Shown: positions 21,296-30,420 of the stretch, piece by piece | Layout of the letters: every line of letters begins with the position of its first letter | Position numbering within the stretch: the first letter of the stretch is position 1 | Source of the DNA: Bacteroidales bacterium | GTDB taxonomy: Bacteria; Bacteroidota; Bacteroidia; Bacteroidales; UBA932 | Length of the DNA stretch: 64,000 nt | Reading direction: 5' to 3' | Assembly: GCA_017473705.1 (NCBI GenBank) | Contig: JAFUJQ010000051.1 | Coordinates: 29,351-93,350 of the forward strand | The notes under the pieces: generated by a model | Database searches by the model: none | The model's input: only the letters and a program-made list of their open reading frames with translations | What the model was told of the DNA's origin: nothing | Translations under genes and position numbers: made by a program

Positions 21296-22052
21296 CCAGT
21301 CCGTCATATGCCGGCATGACTCCTTCCGGGAGTTCGGCCGCAAGTTCTGTATAGACAGGGAGCTGGTGTGAGAGGTGGGTCAGCCAGGTATGTCTGGCTC
21401 CGACTTTTTTTGCGACTTCAAGGGCGCCTTCCAATGAGAAGTGGGATATGTGTCTTCCTCTTCTGACGCAGTTTATGACGAAGTGGTCCAGCCCCTTGAG
21501 CTTCTCAAATTCCTCTTCCGGAATGTGGTTCATGTCCGTGCAGTATGCGATGTTTCCGAACCGGAATCCCAGCACCGGCAGCTTGTAGTGTCTGCCGCGT
21601 ATCGGAATTATCTTTACTCCATTGATTTCAAACGGATTCTCGTCGATTGTATGAACTCTCCATTCCGGCGCCCCGGGATATTTGTTTTCTGCGAATGCAT
21701 AAGAATATTCCATCCGAAGTGAGTCTTCTACATATTTTTCGCAGTATATTTCTGTCGCCTTCTTTTCAAGGTAGTTGAACGCACGGATGTCATCGAGACC
21801 TCCTGTGTGGTCTTTGTGATTGTGAGTCAGCAGTATAGCGTCAAGGTGGGAGACGTTTTCTCTCAGCATCTGCTGTCTGAAATCGGGGCCGGCATCCACA
21901 AGGATTGTAAGTCCTTCATACTCAACCAGGACGCTTGCGCGCAGCCTGCGGTCGCGCGCGTCAGCGCTGCGGCATACCTCGCATCCGCATCCTATCATAG
22001 GCACTCCCTGGGATGTGCCGGTGCCTAGAAATGTCAGTTTCGTTTTGCTCAT
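21258..22052 (-). CDS. PhnP-like MBL-fold metallo-hydrolase
   Basis: [25 protein letters not shown]. Confidence 0.9.
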   Translation of the reverse strand: MSKTKLTFLGTGTSQGVPMIGCGCEVCRSADARDRRLRASVLVEYEGLTILVDAGPDFRQQMLRENVSHLDAILLTHNHKDHTGGLDDIRAFNYLEKKATEIYCEKYVEDSLRMEYSYAFAENKYPGAPEWRVHTIDENPFEINGVKIIPIRGRHYKLPVLGFRFGNIAYCTDMNHIPEEEFEKLKGLDHFVINCVRRGRHISHFSLEGALEVAKKVGARHTWLTHLSHQLPVYTELAAELPEGVMPAYDGLVIEEEEGLCPRR

Positions 22053-22064
22053 TCACTTGTTTTT

Positions 22065-22128
22065 AGATCCTCACGTCTCTTCGCTCCTCAGGATGACAAT
22101 ATGTCGCTTCGCTCCTCAGGATGACAAT
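22065..22128 (-). repeat. GTCAT-headed REP-like element with 28-bp-period head duplication
   Basis: ttcgctcctcaggatgacaat at 22080 and 22108; the full copy ends in gaggatct on the minus strand. Confidence 0.75.
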
Positions 22129-22132
22129 AAGG

Positions 22133-23386
22133 TCAGATGACTATGTCTACGATTTTACCGATCAGTTCGGGGTCGTATGGTCGTGATACTCTTATGTAGT
22201 TGCCGGTGTATCCTTCCATCATGCCGTTTTTGTCAGTGCTTTCAAAAAGGACCTTTTCTGTGACTCCCTTGTTTGCATCCAGAAATTCCTGATTCAGAGC
22301 TGCGCTCAGCTCTTCCAACTTCTGAACCCTATGAGTCTTGATGCTGTCCTGCACCTGGTCTTTCCTCTCTGCGGCAGGGGTGCCTTCGCGACGTGAATAC
22401 GGGAATATGTGTATGAATGCCGGCTTCACGACATTTTTCAGGAAGTCGTATGTCTCCATGAAAAGCTCGTCAGTTTCTCCCGGAAATCCCACAATGACGT
22501 CGATCCCGAAGAACACTTTCGGACCTCCCTCAGTTTCGCTTTTCTCTCTGATATACTGTATCTTATGAGCGAAGGCGGCAGTGTCGTATCTGCGGCCCAT
22601 CTCCTTGAGGATGGTGTCGCATCCGGACTGGAGAGGTATGTGATAGTGGGGGAGAAACTTTGTTCCGGTCACTATCCAGTCTATCATCTCTTCTGTCAGG
22701 AGGTTCGGCTCTATGGAGGAAATGCGGTATCTTTCGATGCCTTCCACTTCATTGAGCTGCTTTATGAGCTCGAGGAATGTCTCTCCTGTTGACTTGCCGA
22801 AGTCTCCGGTGTTTACGCCGGTAAGGACGATCTCCTTGATGCCTTCTGCTGCAATCGCCTCCGCCTGAGGGATTATGTCGGCAATAGGTATGTTCCTGCT
22901 TTCTCCACGTGCGTAAGGCACTGTGCAGTAGTGACATTTGTAGTCGCATCCGTCCTGTACCTTGAGGAACGAACGTGTCCTTTCGCCGCTTGAATATGCC
23001 GGAAAGAACGTGCTGAGGTCGTGTCCGCAACAATCGATCCCGGATGTGTTCTGTATGATATATGGTACGACCATGCTTTTCTCGGTCGCTCCGAACACGC
23101 GTACGACGCCTTCGATTGCCTCGTAGTCTGCTCGTCTGAGCTGTGCCGAACAGCCGGTCACGTATATCTTTGCATGAGGGTTCTGTCTGTGGAGCTTCCT
23201 TATTATGTTGCGGCTCTTCTTGTCGGAATGCTCGGTGACGGTGCAGGTGTTCACAATGAAGACATCTGCTCCCTTGCTCCAAGGCACAGCCTCAAATCCT
23301 GACTTGGCAAGCTCCCTCTCATAAGTGGAAGTCTCAGCATAATTCAGCTTGCATCCCAATGTAATATATGCTATCTTCAGATTCAT
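22133..23386 (-). CDS. mtaB: tRNA t6A37 methylthiotransferase
   Basis: TLGCKLN, VNTCTVT, KVQDGCDYKCHYC, GFPGET. Confidence 0.93.
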   Translation of the reverse strand: MNLKIAYITLGCKLNYAETSTYERELAKSGFEAVPWSKGADVFIVNTCTVTEHSDKKSRNIIRKLHRQNPHAKIYVTGCSAQLRRADYEAIEGVVRVFGATEKSMVVPYIIQNTSGIDCCGHDLSTFFPAYSSGERTRSFLKVQDGCDYKCHYCTVPYARGESRNIPIADIIPQAEAIAAEGIKEIVLTGVNTGDFGKSTGETFLELIKQLNEVEGIERYRISSIEPNLLTEEMIDWIVTGTKFLPHYHIPLQSGCDTILKEMGRRYDTAAFAHKIQYIREKSETEGGPKVFFGIDVIVGFPGETDELFMETYDFLKNVVKPAFIHIFPYSRREGTPAAERKDQVQDSIKTHRVQKLEELSAALNQEFLDANKGVTEKVLFESTDKNGMMEGYTGNYIRVSRPYDPELIGKIVDIVI

Positions 23387-23781
23387 CAGTATTTTGTTCT
23401 GTTGTTCAGCTGAACACTATGCATAGTAATTCTGGACCACTGGACGACTCCGCTGACCGGCGGTCTCTTCTTTGATACCCTGACAGAGAAAGACGTGAAC
23501 TGCGGGAACTTCTCCTCCAACGCCTTGACGATCCTTCCCGCCACATGCTCCAGCAGATCAGACGACTTAGACATTTCCTCCTTTATGACATCGTATATTT
23601 CTGCATAATTCACAGCATCATTCAGGTTGTCGCTTTCTGCAGCGGCAGACATGTCCATCTCTCCGCGGAAGTCCACGACAAAGTCGTTACCGACTGCCTT
23701 CTCGCGCTCCAGGCATCCGTGGTATGCCCTGAATTCCATGCCTTCCAGTTCTATTGTTCCTATGTTTTTAGATTTCTCCAT
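23386..23781 (-). CDS. folB: Dihydroneopterin aldolase
   Basis: F.AYHG.L..E, D.L.DAVNY, LLEH, K.RPP. Confidence 0.93.
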   Translation of the reverse strand: MEKSKNIGTIELEGMEFRAYHGCLEREKAVGNDFVVDFRGEMDMSAAAESDNLNDAVNYAEIYDVIKEEMSKSSDLLEHVAGRIVKALEEKFPQFTSFSVRVSKKRPPVSGVVQWSRITMHSVQLNNRTKY

Positions 23782-23890
23782 TCGCTTCGCTCAGTCGAAA
23801 TGACAGTGTTAAATATTCAGTCGAAATGACAGTGTTCAAATATTCAGTCGAAATGACAGTGTTCAAATATTCAGTCGAAATGACAGTGTT
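23770..23890 (-). repeat. GTCAT-headed REP-like element with four tandem head units (26-27 bp period)
   Basis: tcagtcgaaatgacagtgtt at 23791, 23817, 23844 and 23871. Confidence 0.88.
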
Positions 23891-23913
23891 GATAGTTCGT
23901 TCAAATGGCAGTC

Positions 23914-24612
23914 TTATGCCAATATCAGGAATACGCACGGCCTTTTGCCTATGGTCAGGCCTGCCTTTTTCCATTCGGATACCTTCTTTGTCTTGATGTA
24001 TGCGTCAGGCATTGTTATGTTAGCGGCCACGCATACCCTTGTAGAGGCGTTGCATACAGCGAGAATGTCCGCAAACAACGAATCGTTCCTGTATGGCGTT
24101 TCGATAAGGATCTGAGTCTGCTTCAGCTGGCCTGAAACCTTCTCAAGTGTGCGCAGTCTGCTTCGACGCTCTTCGGTCTTTGCCGGTATATATCCGCAGA
24201 ATGCAAAAGACTGACCATTCAGTCCTGATGCCATCAGCGCCAGCATCAGCGATGACGGACCGACCGCCGGAACCACCTCAATCCCGTGTCTGTGCGCCAG
24301 AGCGACAAGTTGTGCTCCCGGATCAGCTACTGCCGGTAATCCCGCTTCCGAAATCAGCGCTACATCTCCTGCCTCGAAAAGCTTCAGATATCCTTCGATA
24401 GTAGCCTGGTCCGTGTGCTCGTTGAGTTCGAAAAACTGGAGTTCTCCAATCTTGCCTTTCATGCCTGCACGCGAAAGGTAACGCCTTGCTGTCCTGACTT
24501 CCTCTACGACGAAGGTCTTGAAACCCTCAAGCGAAGCCAGCACCGGTGCGGGGATTACCTCCGCAGGATCATTCTCCCCGAGAGGGGACGGTATCAGAAA
24601 CAGTTTTCCCAT
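23914..24612 (-). CDS. RsmI-like tetrapyrrole-methylase-family SAM methyltransferase
   Basis: LISEAGLPAVADPG, GPSS, IETPYRN. Confidence 0.88.
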   Translation of the reverse strand: MGKLFLIPSPLGENDPAEVIPAPVLASLEGFKTFVVEEVRTARRYLSRAGMKGKIGELQFFELNEHTDQATIEGYLKLFEAGDVALISEAGLPAVADPGAQLVALAHRHGIEVVPAVGPSSLMLALMASGLNGQSFAFCGYIPAKTEERRSRLRTLEKVSGQLKQTQILIETPYRNDSLFADILAVCNASTRVCVAANITMPDAYIKTKKVSEWKKAGLTIGKRPCVFLILA

Positions 24613-24613
24613 G

Positions 24614-27600
24614 TCATTCAGTTATCTTTATGGTGACCTTCTCTCCATCGATCATGGCCTGTTCCTCAAGCCTCTTCGCCTCCTGCCTCTTCTTCTTGCT
24701 TGAGAACATGTTCTTGAAGAACTGTCCAAGACTGTTGAATTCGGTCTGGTAGGTGAGACCTACGCCGTTTCTCTGAGAGTTGTCAAGGTAATTCGTATAT
24801 GTGTCTGCTGAGTGTGAGAACAGGTTAAGACGGAACGCTCCTGACCTGTCGAGCTTGATCTCGATGTCCAGATCGCCGACCACGTCTGTCTGTCCTCCTG
24901 AGCTGTATTGCTTGTTGCCTACGCTTCCGTTCACCACAACCCTGTTGTTGAACATCTGGGTCGATACAGCCACGTCGAACACGTCGTTTCCTTTCTCGTT
25001 AGGCTGGTAGTTCAATCCCAGGTCGACAGGAATGTTCAGCTTCTGCAATATATTGCTGAGCTGGTTGGACATGAGCTCCGCGACATTTGAGTATAGCATG
25101 GTCGAGTTGTTGAAGATGCCGGACTGCTCGTCTGGGAGGAAACTGTTTGACAGAAGTATTGACAGGAACTGCTTCTGAACTTTGTCCTCCGTACTGAGCG
25201 CACTCTCCACTCGTGATTTGATCGTAGGGTCAAGCTCCGGAATCTCGATCGAGAATCCAAGGCGAGGGTTGGCCATCTTGTCTGTGATGCTGATGCCACA
25301 TTCCACTGTTCTTCTGTTTGCGACTGATGTCGTGTCGGAGATCAATGTGGACAGCGATGCCTTTGTCTTGTATAGGGCATCGATGTCAAGAGAGGTCTCC
25401 ATGAGGTCTCCGTTGAATGTCACAGAACTGCCGTCCTGAATCTCGAAATCCCTGTTTACAAGGCCCAGCGCCACGAATTTGTAGTTTCCTCCGGTCAAGG
25501 TATAGTCTCCGTTGATGGTGAACATATCCTCGTTTGCGACAAGCTCAAGCGTTCCGTTTCCTCGTCCGGATATCATATGGCCGGATGCCTTGTCGATCTC
25601 TACGAATGCCGTCACATCCGGATTTGCGTTGATGTGAAGGTTTACGAGAAAGTCGTTTGCCGAGGTGCTCTTGTTATTCATTCTGCTGATCATCACCTCG
25701 TATGGGTCAATGAACACTTCCTGCTCTATTTCCGTGAATTTCAGCAGGTCAGAGCTTCCGGAAGTCGTAGTTGAAGAAATCGGAATATGCAGTTCTCCTG
25801 TCTTTGCTGTCACAGCATCGACATTGAGGACGAGCGAACTTATCGGACCGGTTATGGATACGTTGCCTGTGGCGAACACATTGCCATAAAAATATTCGCT
25901 CTGCTTCTCGTTCAGGTCGATACCTTCTATTTCGTTGACCTTGATCCTTGTGTCGAAATGGATGTCCTTGAAATTATTCCAGTTTATGCTTCCTCCTACT
26001 GTACCTGCTCCGGTGTATCTGTCCCTGACTTTCAGGTCGTCAAAATAGACTCCGGTCTGGTCAAGATGGAAGGTTCCATCAGCATAGTAAGGGACATTGG
26101 TATATGCAATCCTCAGCATTCCGTCATCCAGCCTTGTGCCGTTGCTGCTGATCTCGAAGGCATTCAAAGGACCGTCTATGCTTACCTCACCGGATATGAA
26201 GCCTTCCATGTCGCTGAATATCTCCTTGAGGACAGGTTCTACATATCCGACGTCCAGCCTGTTCAGCTTTGCTGTCGCCTCGATTGATTTTGTCTTAGGT
26301 GACAGCTTGCCGGCAGCCTCGATGTTGCTTGTACCATTGAGTTCATTCTTTACATTGATGTCGAACCTCTCAAAGTCCTCGTCCCATTTGCTTGCCAATG
26401 TGACTATTCCCAAAGGCTTTCCGGCAAGATATGTAGAGTCGCACAGGATGTCAGCAAGCAGTCCTTTCGACTCCAGAGGCGAGGTGAGCTGAGCACTTCC
26501 GGTGACAGCTCCCTTTAGGCCGAAGTCGCTGCCAAGGAGAGGATTGATGACGGAGATGTCAAATCTGTTGAGGTTGAGCGTGAGAGTGTCCTTGCGTGTC
26601 TTGGAAACCCTGCCTGATATGTCTATGCTCTGTCCGTCGCTTAGGAATTCGACAGAGGTGACATCCACACCGTCTCCGTCTACCCTCATGTGTGACGGCT
26701 GTATGCGCCATTCCCTTGAGTTCAGATAGATCATTGACGGGAGTATGTTGACGTCGAGATTCAGACCGTCAGAGTCTCTTGCCAGGTCTCCGTGAACGAA
26801 GAATTCGCCCCTGTTCTCCAGTTCGCTCTGGTTGTCGTATGTGTATCCGAGTCCTATGTGGTTGTCATCGGCAAGGATGCGCAGACTGTTGTCGAACAGT
26901 TGCAGCGATGCAATCTCCATTGCCTCTCCACGCAGTTCTCCGTTGAAACTGTCGTCGTTATTGTTGAAGTCAAGCGTCAGGTCCTTGATATATTGAGTTC
27001 CGAAGGCTATGCGCTGCGATGTGAGGTTTCCAGTCAGCCTGCCCCTGTCGTTTATCCTGGTGCTTAATGTCGTATTCTGGGCTATGTACATCCCCGGCAT
27101 TGCAAAGTCCAGCACGCTCTGCATGTTGGCAAAGTCGAAGTCCAGGCTGTATCTGTTGCCGTTCCATTCATATGAAGCGTCTGTGAAAAGCGCTGGGATC
27201 TCTCTCCTGAGGGTGATGTTCCCGAGGTCTTTGATGAAGTCGGTGACTGGAGCTGTTCCCGTGTAAGTTCCGTTTGCGAATTCTGACTTCAGCCACATCC
27301 TATAGGTGTCGTTCCTGTTTACGGAAGTGAGCTTGACTTCTCCTATATCAGACTTGCCCTTGGCATTTTCAAGAATGATGTTGCCTATGCTGATGTCTCC
27401 GTAGATGTCTCCCTTACTGGTCCTTCTGAAGTCTGCCGATGTCCTCAGGCTGATCTCGGACTTGCCTCTCTTGTCTATGTTCATGGCGTTGAGGTCAGCA
27501 TGGCCTACTATGGCATAGAACTTATAGATGGTGTTGCTTGTTCTTGGGGAGAGGCCGAAACGTCCGTGGAACATAAAGCTCAGGTTAGGGTCGTTGCAGG

Positions 27601-29158
27601 TGATCCTTCCGTCAAAGCCTTCCTTCGAAAGGTCTCCGTCGCCGGAAATCTGAGTGTAGTCATATCCGTATATGTGCATCCTGTCTACATTGAGAGAGTC
27701 GATCACTGCGCTCATAGGAATGCCATCCTCCGGCAGCTTGACGTCTGCGATGACTATCAGCGATGTCTCTCCGACGAGGTCCGTGCCGATCACCTTGCCG
27801 ACATTCAGGTTGTCAGTCCTTATTGTTCCGGAAATTCCTATCTGCTTTCCTTCTGTCAGGATGTCCTGCAGGGTTATGTCACTCTGGAGCCCTCCAATGG
27901 CAGATTTGATGTCGGCGTCTACATTCATGTGATTGAGCAGGCCGTGTGCGTGTGCGGTCAGCTTGAAGGAAGTGCCGGGAGCGAACTTCGAGAGATCGAG
28001 TTCGCCCTCTTTCATCCATTCGCTTACAAATGTGCCAAGTCCTTTGCTCGTGAGTGAGAAGTCCTTGACCCTGGCATCTATGACTGTTCTTTCGATTTCA
28101 GGAATGCCTGTCATCCTTCCGTTGATGATGCCGGCAAAGCCACCTGCTTCCGATGATACATCCATGTCTTCCACAAAGAAATCATCGACTGTGCCGAAGA
28201 ACTTTCCCGACTTGACGTTTACCCTGAGTCTGTTGCCTTCCAGTTGCGGGGCAAAGAATTCTATAGTCCTGAAATCTACGATGCTCTGATGTATTTCTGC
28301 ATCCATCCTCACCAGGGCGATGTAGTCATTGAAAGATTCTATGTCGGCATAGCTCATCATGTAGAGCGGAATGTCTATATCAGACCACGGGTCCTTGAGC
28401 TTCAGGTCTTCCACTATGGTCTTTCCATTTCCGACTGTCGCTTTTCCTGTGAGACTATGGCATATGAATCCGGCCTTTTCGGAGAATGCCAGCTCGTCGA
28501 CTTCTCCTGACATGATGCCTCCCTTGAACTGTAGTTCTCTGGCCTTAAGTTCACTGATGTCGATGTCAAGATCGTTCCAGCTGATACCTCCGTAGTATGG
28601 CGTCTTGTCGGAAGAATAGTTCTTCATCCTGAAAGTGAACTTCTCTATGACGACTCTTTTCAGGTGGAACAGTTCCTTGTCGCTCTTCTTCTTCTCTTTA
28701 TCCTTTGATTTGGTAAGGCGGAAGATTCTTGAAAGATTGTCAGTCTTTCCGTCGTCGTCCGTAAGGCAGTCTTCCAAAACAAGATTCATCTCGGCATCTG
28801 TGATTTTTGCCTTGTCGAAATGCAGTCCCTCGTGGCCGGTCAGACTTTTGAGGGTCATGTTTACGATTATGTAATGAGCGCGGAAGAATGTGTCAACCGG
28901 TATGGCGGTGGAGTCGGTCGGGTCATGGCATGGCTCCTTGTCAGTTATCATTACATTCTTGAGCACGAGAGTGGTGAACGGCTTGAAGTGTATCCTCTCG
29001 AAAGTGATGTTGCCGTTGATCTTGTCGCTCAGCACCTCCACGACCTTGTCGGCAACGCGAGTCTGTACGGCAGGCGTCTGGACCGCAAGGACCAGAGCCA
29101 GTACGACAGATGTGACTGCGACCAGGATAAGCCAGATTATTTTCAGTGCCTGCTTGAT
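24614..29158 (-). CDS. tamB: Translocation/assembly module TamB (AsmA-like); start codon uncertain
   Basis: About 1510 aa beta-rich protein with N-terminal TM anchor (..VQTPAVQT) and C-terminal GDLDIEIKL; divergent from tsaD. Confidence 0.8.
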   Translation of the reverse strand: MKQALKIIWLILVAVTSVVLALVLAVQTPAVQTRVADKVVEVLSDKINGNITFERIHFKPFTTLVLKNVMITDKEPCHDPTDSTAIPVDTFFRAHYIIVNMTLKSLTGHEGLHFDKAKITDAEMNLVLEDCLTDDDGKTDNLSRIFRLTKSKDKEKKKSDKELFHLKRVVIEKFTFRMKNYSSDKTPYYGGISWNDLDIDISELKARELQFKGGIMSGEVDELAFSEKAGFICHSLTGKATVGNGKTIVEDLKLKDPWSDIDIPLYMMSYADIESFNDYIALVRMDAEIHQSIVDFRTIEFFAPQLEGNRLRVNVKSGKFFGTVDDFFVEDMDVSSEAGGFAGIINGRMTGIPEIERTVIDARVKDFSLTSKGLGTFVSEWMKEGELDLSKFAPGTSFKLTAHAHGLLNHMNVDADIKSAIGGLQSDITLQDILTEGKQIGISGTIRTDNLNVGKVIGTDLVGETSLIVIADVKLPEDGIPMSAVIDSLNVDRMHIYGYDYTQISGDGDLSKEGFDGRITCNDPNLSFMFHGRFGLSPRTSNTIYKFYAIVGHADLNAMNIDKRGKSEISLRTSADFRRTSKGDIYGDISIGNIILENAKGKSDIGEVKLTSVNRNDTYRMWLKSEFANGTYTGTAPVTDFIKDLGNITLRREIPALFTDASYEWNGNRYSLDFDFANMQSVLDFAMPGMYIAQNTTLSTRINDRGRLTGNLTSQRIAFGTQYIKDLTLDFNNNDDSFNGELRGEAMEIASLQLFDNSLRILADDNHIGLGYTYDNQSELENRGEFFVHGDLARDSDGLNLDVNILPSMIYLNSREWRIQPSHMRVDGDGVDVTSVEFLSDGQSIDISGRVSKTRKDTLTLNLNRFDISVINPLLGSDFGLKGAVTGSAQLTSPLESKGLLADILCDSTYLAGKPLGIVTLASKWDEDFERFDINVKNELNGTSNIEAAGKLSPKTKSIEATAKLNRLDVGYVEPVLKEIFSDMEGFISGEVSIDGPLNAFEISSNGTRLDDGMLRIAYTNVPYYADGTFHLDQTGVYFDDLKVRDRYTGAGTVGGSINWNNFKDIHFDTRIKVNEIEGIDLNEKQSEYFYGNVFATGNVSITGPISSLVLNVDAVTAKTGELHIPISSTTTSGSSDLLKFTEIEQEVFIDPYEVMISRMNNKSTSANDFLVNLHINANPDVTAFVEIDKASGHMISGRGNGTLELVANEDMFTINGDYTLTGGNYKFVALGLVNRDFEIQDGSSVTFNGDLMETSLDIDALYKTKASLSTLISDTTSVANRRTVECGISITDKMANPRLGFSIEIPELDPTIKSRVESALSTEDKVQKQFLSILLSNSFLPDEQSGIFNNSTMLYSNVAELMSNQLSNILQKLNIPVDLGLNYQPNEKGNDVFDVAVSTQMFNNRVVVNGSVGNKQYSSGGQTDVVGDLDIEIKLDRSGAFRLNLFSHSADTYTNYLDNSQRNGVGLTYQTEFNSLGQFFKNMFSSKKKRQEAKRLEEQAMIDGEKVTIKITE

Positions 29159-29187
29159 AACTGTAAAGGTTTTATTTCTCCAACTTG

Positions 29188-29226
29188 CAAAAATAGTAAA
29201 AATATCGGATAAAATCCGTATTTTTG
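29188..29226. promoter_or_regulatory. Back-to-back -7 boxes for tamB and tsaD
   Basis: TATTTTTG on minus (29188-29195) and on plus (29219-29226). Confidence 0.6.
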
Positions 29227-29260
29227 CCACCGGATATGCAAAGCATATAATATGCCGACA

Positions 29261-29319
29261 GTATCTCGAGCGACCGGCCCGATTGTCATTTCGATCGACC
29301 ATGGGGAGTCAAGAGATCT
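29261..29319 (+). repeat. Degenerate GTCAT-headed REP-like element upstream of tsaD
   Basis: tgtcatttcgatcgaccatggggagtcaagagatct, preceded by partial gtatctcgagcgacc. Confidence 0.6.
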
Positions 29320-29342
29320 GAATAACGAAAATTAAACCGAAT

Positions 29343-30365
29343 ATGGCAGACATAATACTAGGAATCGAATCATCATGCGACGACACCTCAGCTGCAGTCA
29401 TCAAGGACGGTTATCTTCTGTCCAATGTGCTGGCCAGCCAGGATGTCCACAAAGCATATGGAGGAGTGATCCCGGAACTTGCTTCAAGAGCACATCAACT
29501 GAATATCGTTCCCGTTGTAAGTGAGGCGATTACGCGTGCCGGAATCAAGGCTTCCGATATAACGGCAATTGCATTTACACGAGGTCCCGGACTGCTTGGC
29601 TCCCTTCTGGTGGGAACGTCTTTCGCAAAGGGGCTCGCCATGGCTCTTGACAAACCTCTGGTTGAGGTCAATCATCTTCAGGGCCATATACTGGCGAATT
29701 TCATCAAGCAGTATGACAGCGAAAACCGTCAGCCTGAATTCCCATATCTGTGTCTGCTCGTCTCTGGAGGCAATTCGCAGATCGTACGTGTAAACAGTCC
29801 TCTTGAATATGAAATCCTGGGCCAGACCATCGATGATGCAGTTGGAGAAGCATTTGACAAATGTTCAAAGATGATGGGACTCGGATATCCCGGCGGACCG
29901 ATAGTGGACCGTCTTGCCAAAGAGGGAGACCCATTGAAATATAAGTTCGCCAAACCGCACATACCGGGATTTGACTACAGCTTCAGTGGCATAAAGACTT
30001 CGCTTCTTTACTTTGTCCGTGACCAGATGGCCATAGATCCTGAATTCATGGAGAAAAACAAGGCAGACATATGCGCAAGCTTCCAGAAGGCTCTCATAGA
30101 CATCCTGATGGACAAACTGATAAAGGCAGCCAAGCATACCGGTATAAAACAGATCACCATCGGTGGCGGCGTGTCGGCCAACAGCGGATTGCGCGCCCGT
30201 ATCGAAGAGGAGGGACGCAAGCGCGGTTGGACGACATTCCTTCCGGAGTTCAAGTTCACCACCGACAATGCCGCGATGATAGCCATCGCCGGATGGTACC
30301 ATTACCAGAACGGCGAGCGCGCCTCCCTTGACGTAGCACCAGTATCCCGCCTCGCCGAATTCTGA
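29343..30365 (+). CDS. tsaD: tRNA N6-threonylcarbamoyltransferase
   Basis: LGIESSCDDT, YGGVIPE.ASR.H, GPGL, H.QGH, GEAFDK, TDNAAMIA. Confidence 0.96.
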   Translation: MADIILGIESSCDDTSAAVIKDGYLLSNVLASQDVHKAYGGVIPELASRAHQLNIVPVVSEAITRAGIKASDITAIAFTRGPGLLGSLLVGTSFAKGLAMALDKPLVEVNHLQGHILANFIKQYDSENRQPEFPYLCLLVSGGNSQIVRVNSPLEYEILGQTIDDAVGEAFDKCSKMMGLGYPGGPIVDRLAKEGDPLKYKFAKPHIPGFDYSFSGIKTSLLYFVRDQMAIDPEFMEKNKADICASFQKALIDILMDKLIKAAKHTGIKQITIGGGVSANSGLRARIEEEGRKRGWTTFLPEFKFTTDNAAMIAIAGWYHYQNGERASLDVAPVSRLAEF

Positions 30366-30368
30366 TTC

Positions 30369-30408
30369 TGTCATCGCCATTGTCATTTCGAGCGAAGTCG
30401 AGAAATCT
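30369..30408 (+). repeat. Canonical GTCAT-headed REP-like element
   Basis: tgtcatttcgagcgaagtcgagaaatct at 30381-30408, with an extra tgtcat at 30369. Confidence 0.8.
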
Positions 30409-30420
30409 AAAACACTAACA

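Noticed and set aside
23791-23890. Possible mini-CRISPR array
   Set aside because: The intervening sequences are 6-7 nt and near-identical, and no cas genes are present; it is a REP-derived tandem repeat
23768-23974. ORF with NTVISTEYL repeats
   Set aside because: Read-through of the tandem repeat, overlapping two real genes
29159-29302. 48-aa N-terminal extension of TamB in the ORF track
   Set aside because: It starts inside a REP and crosses both divergent promoters
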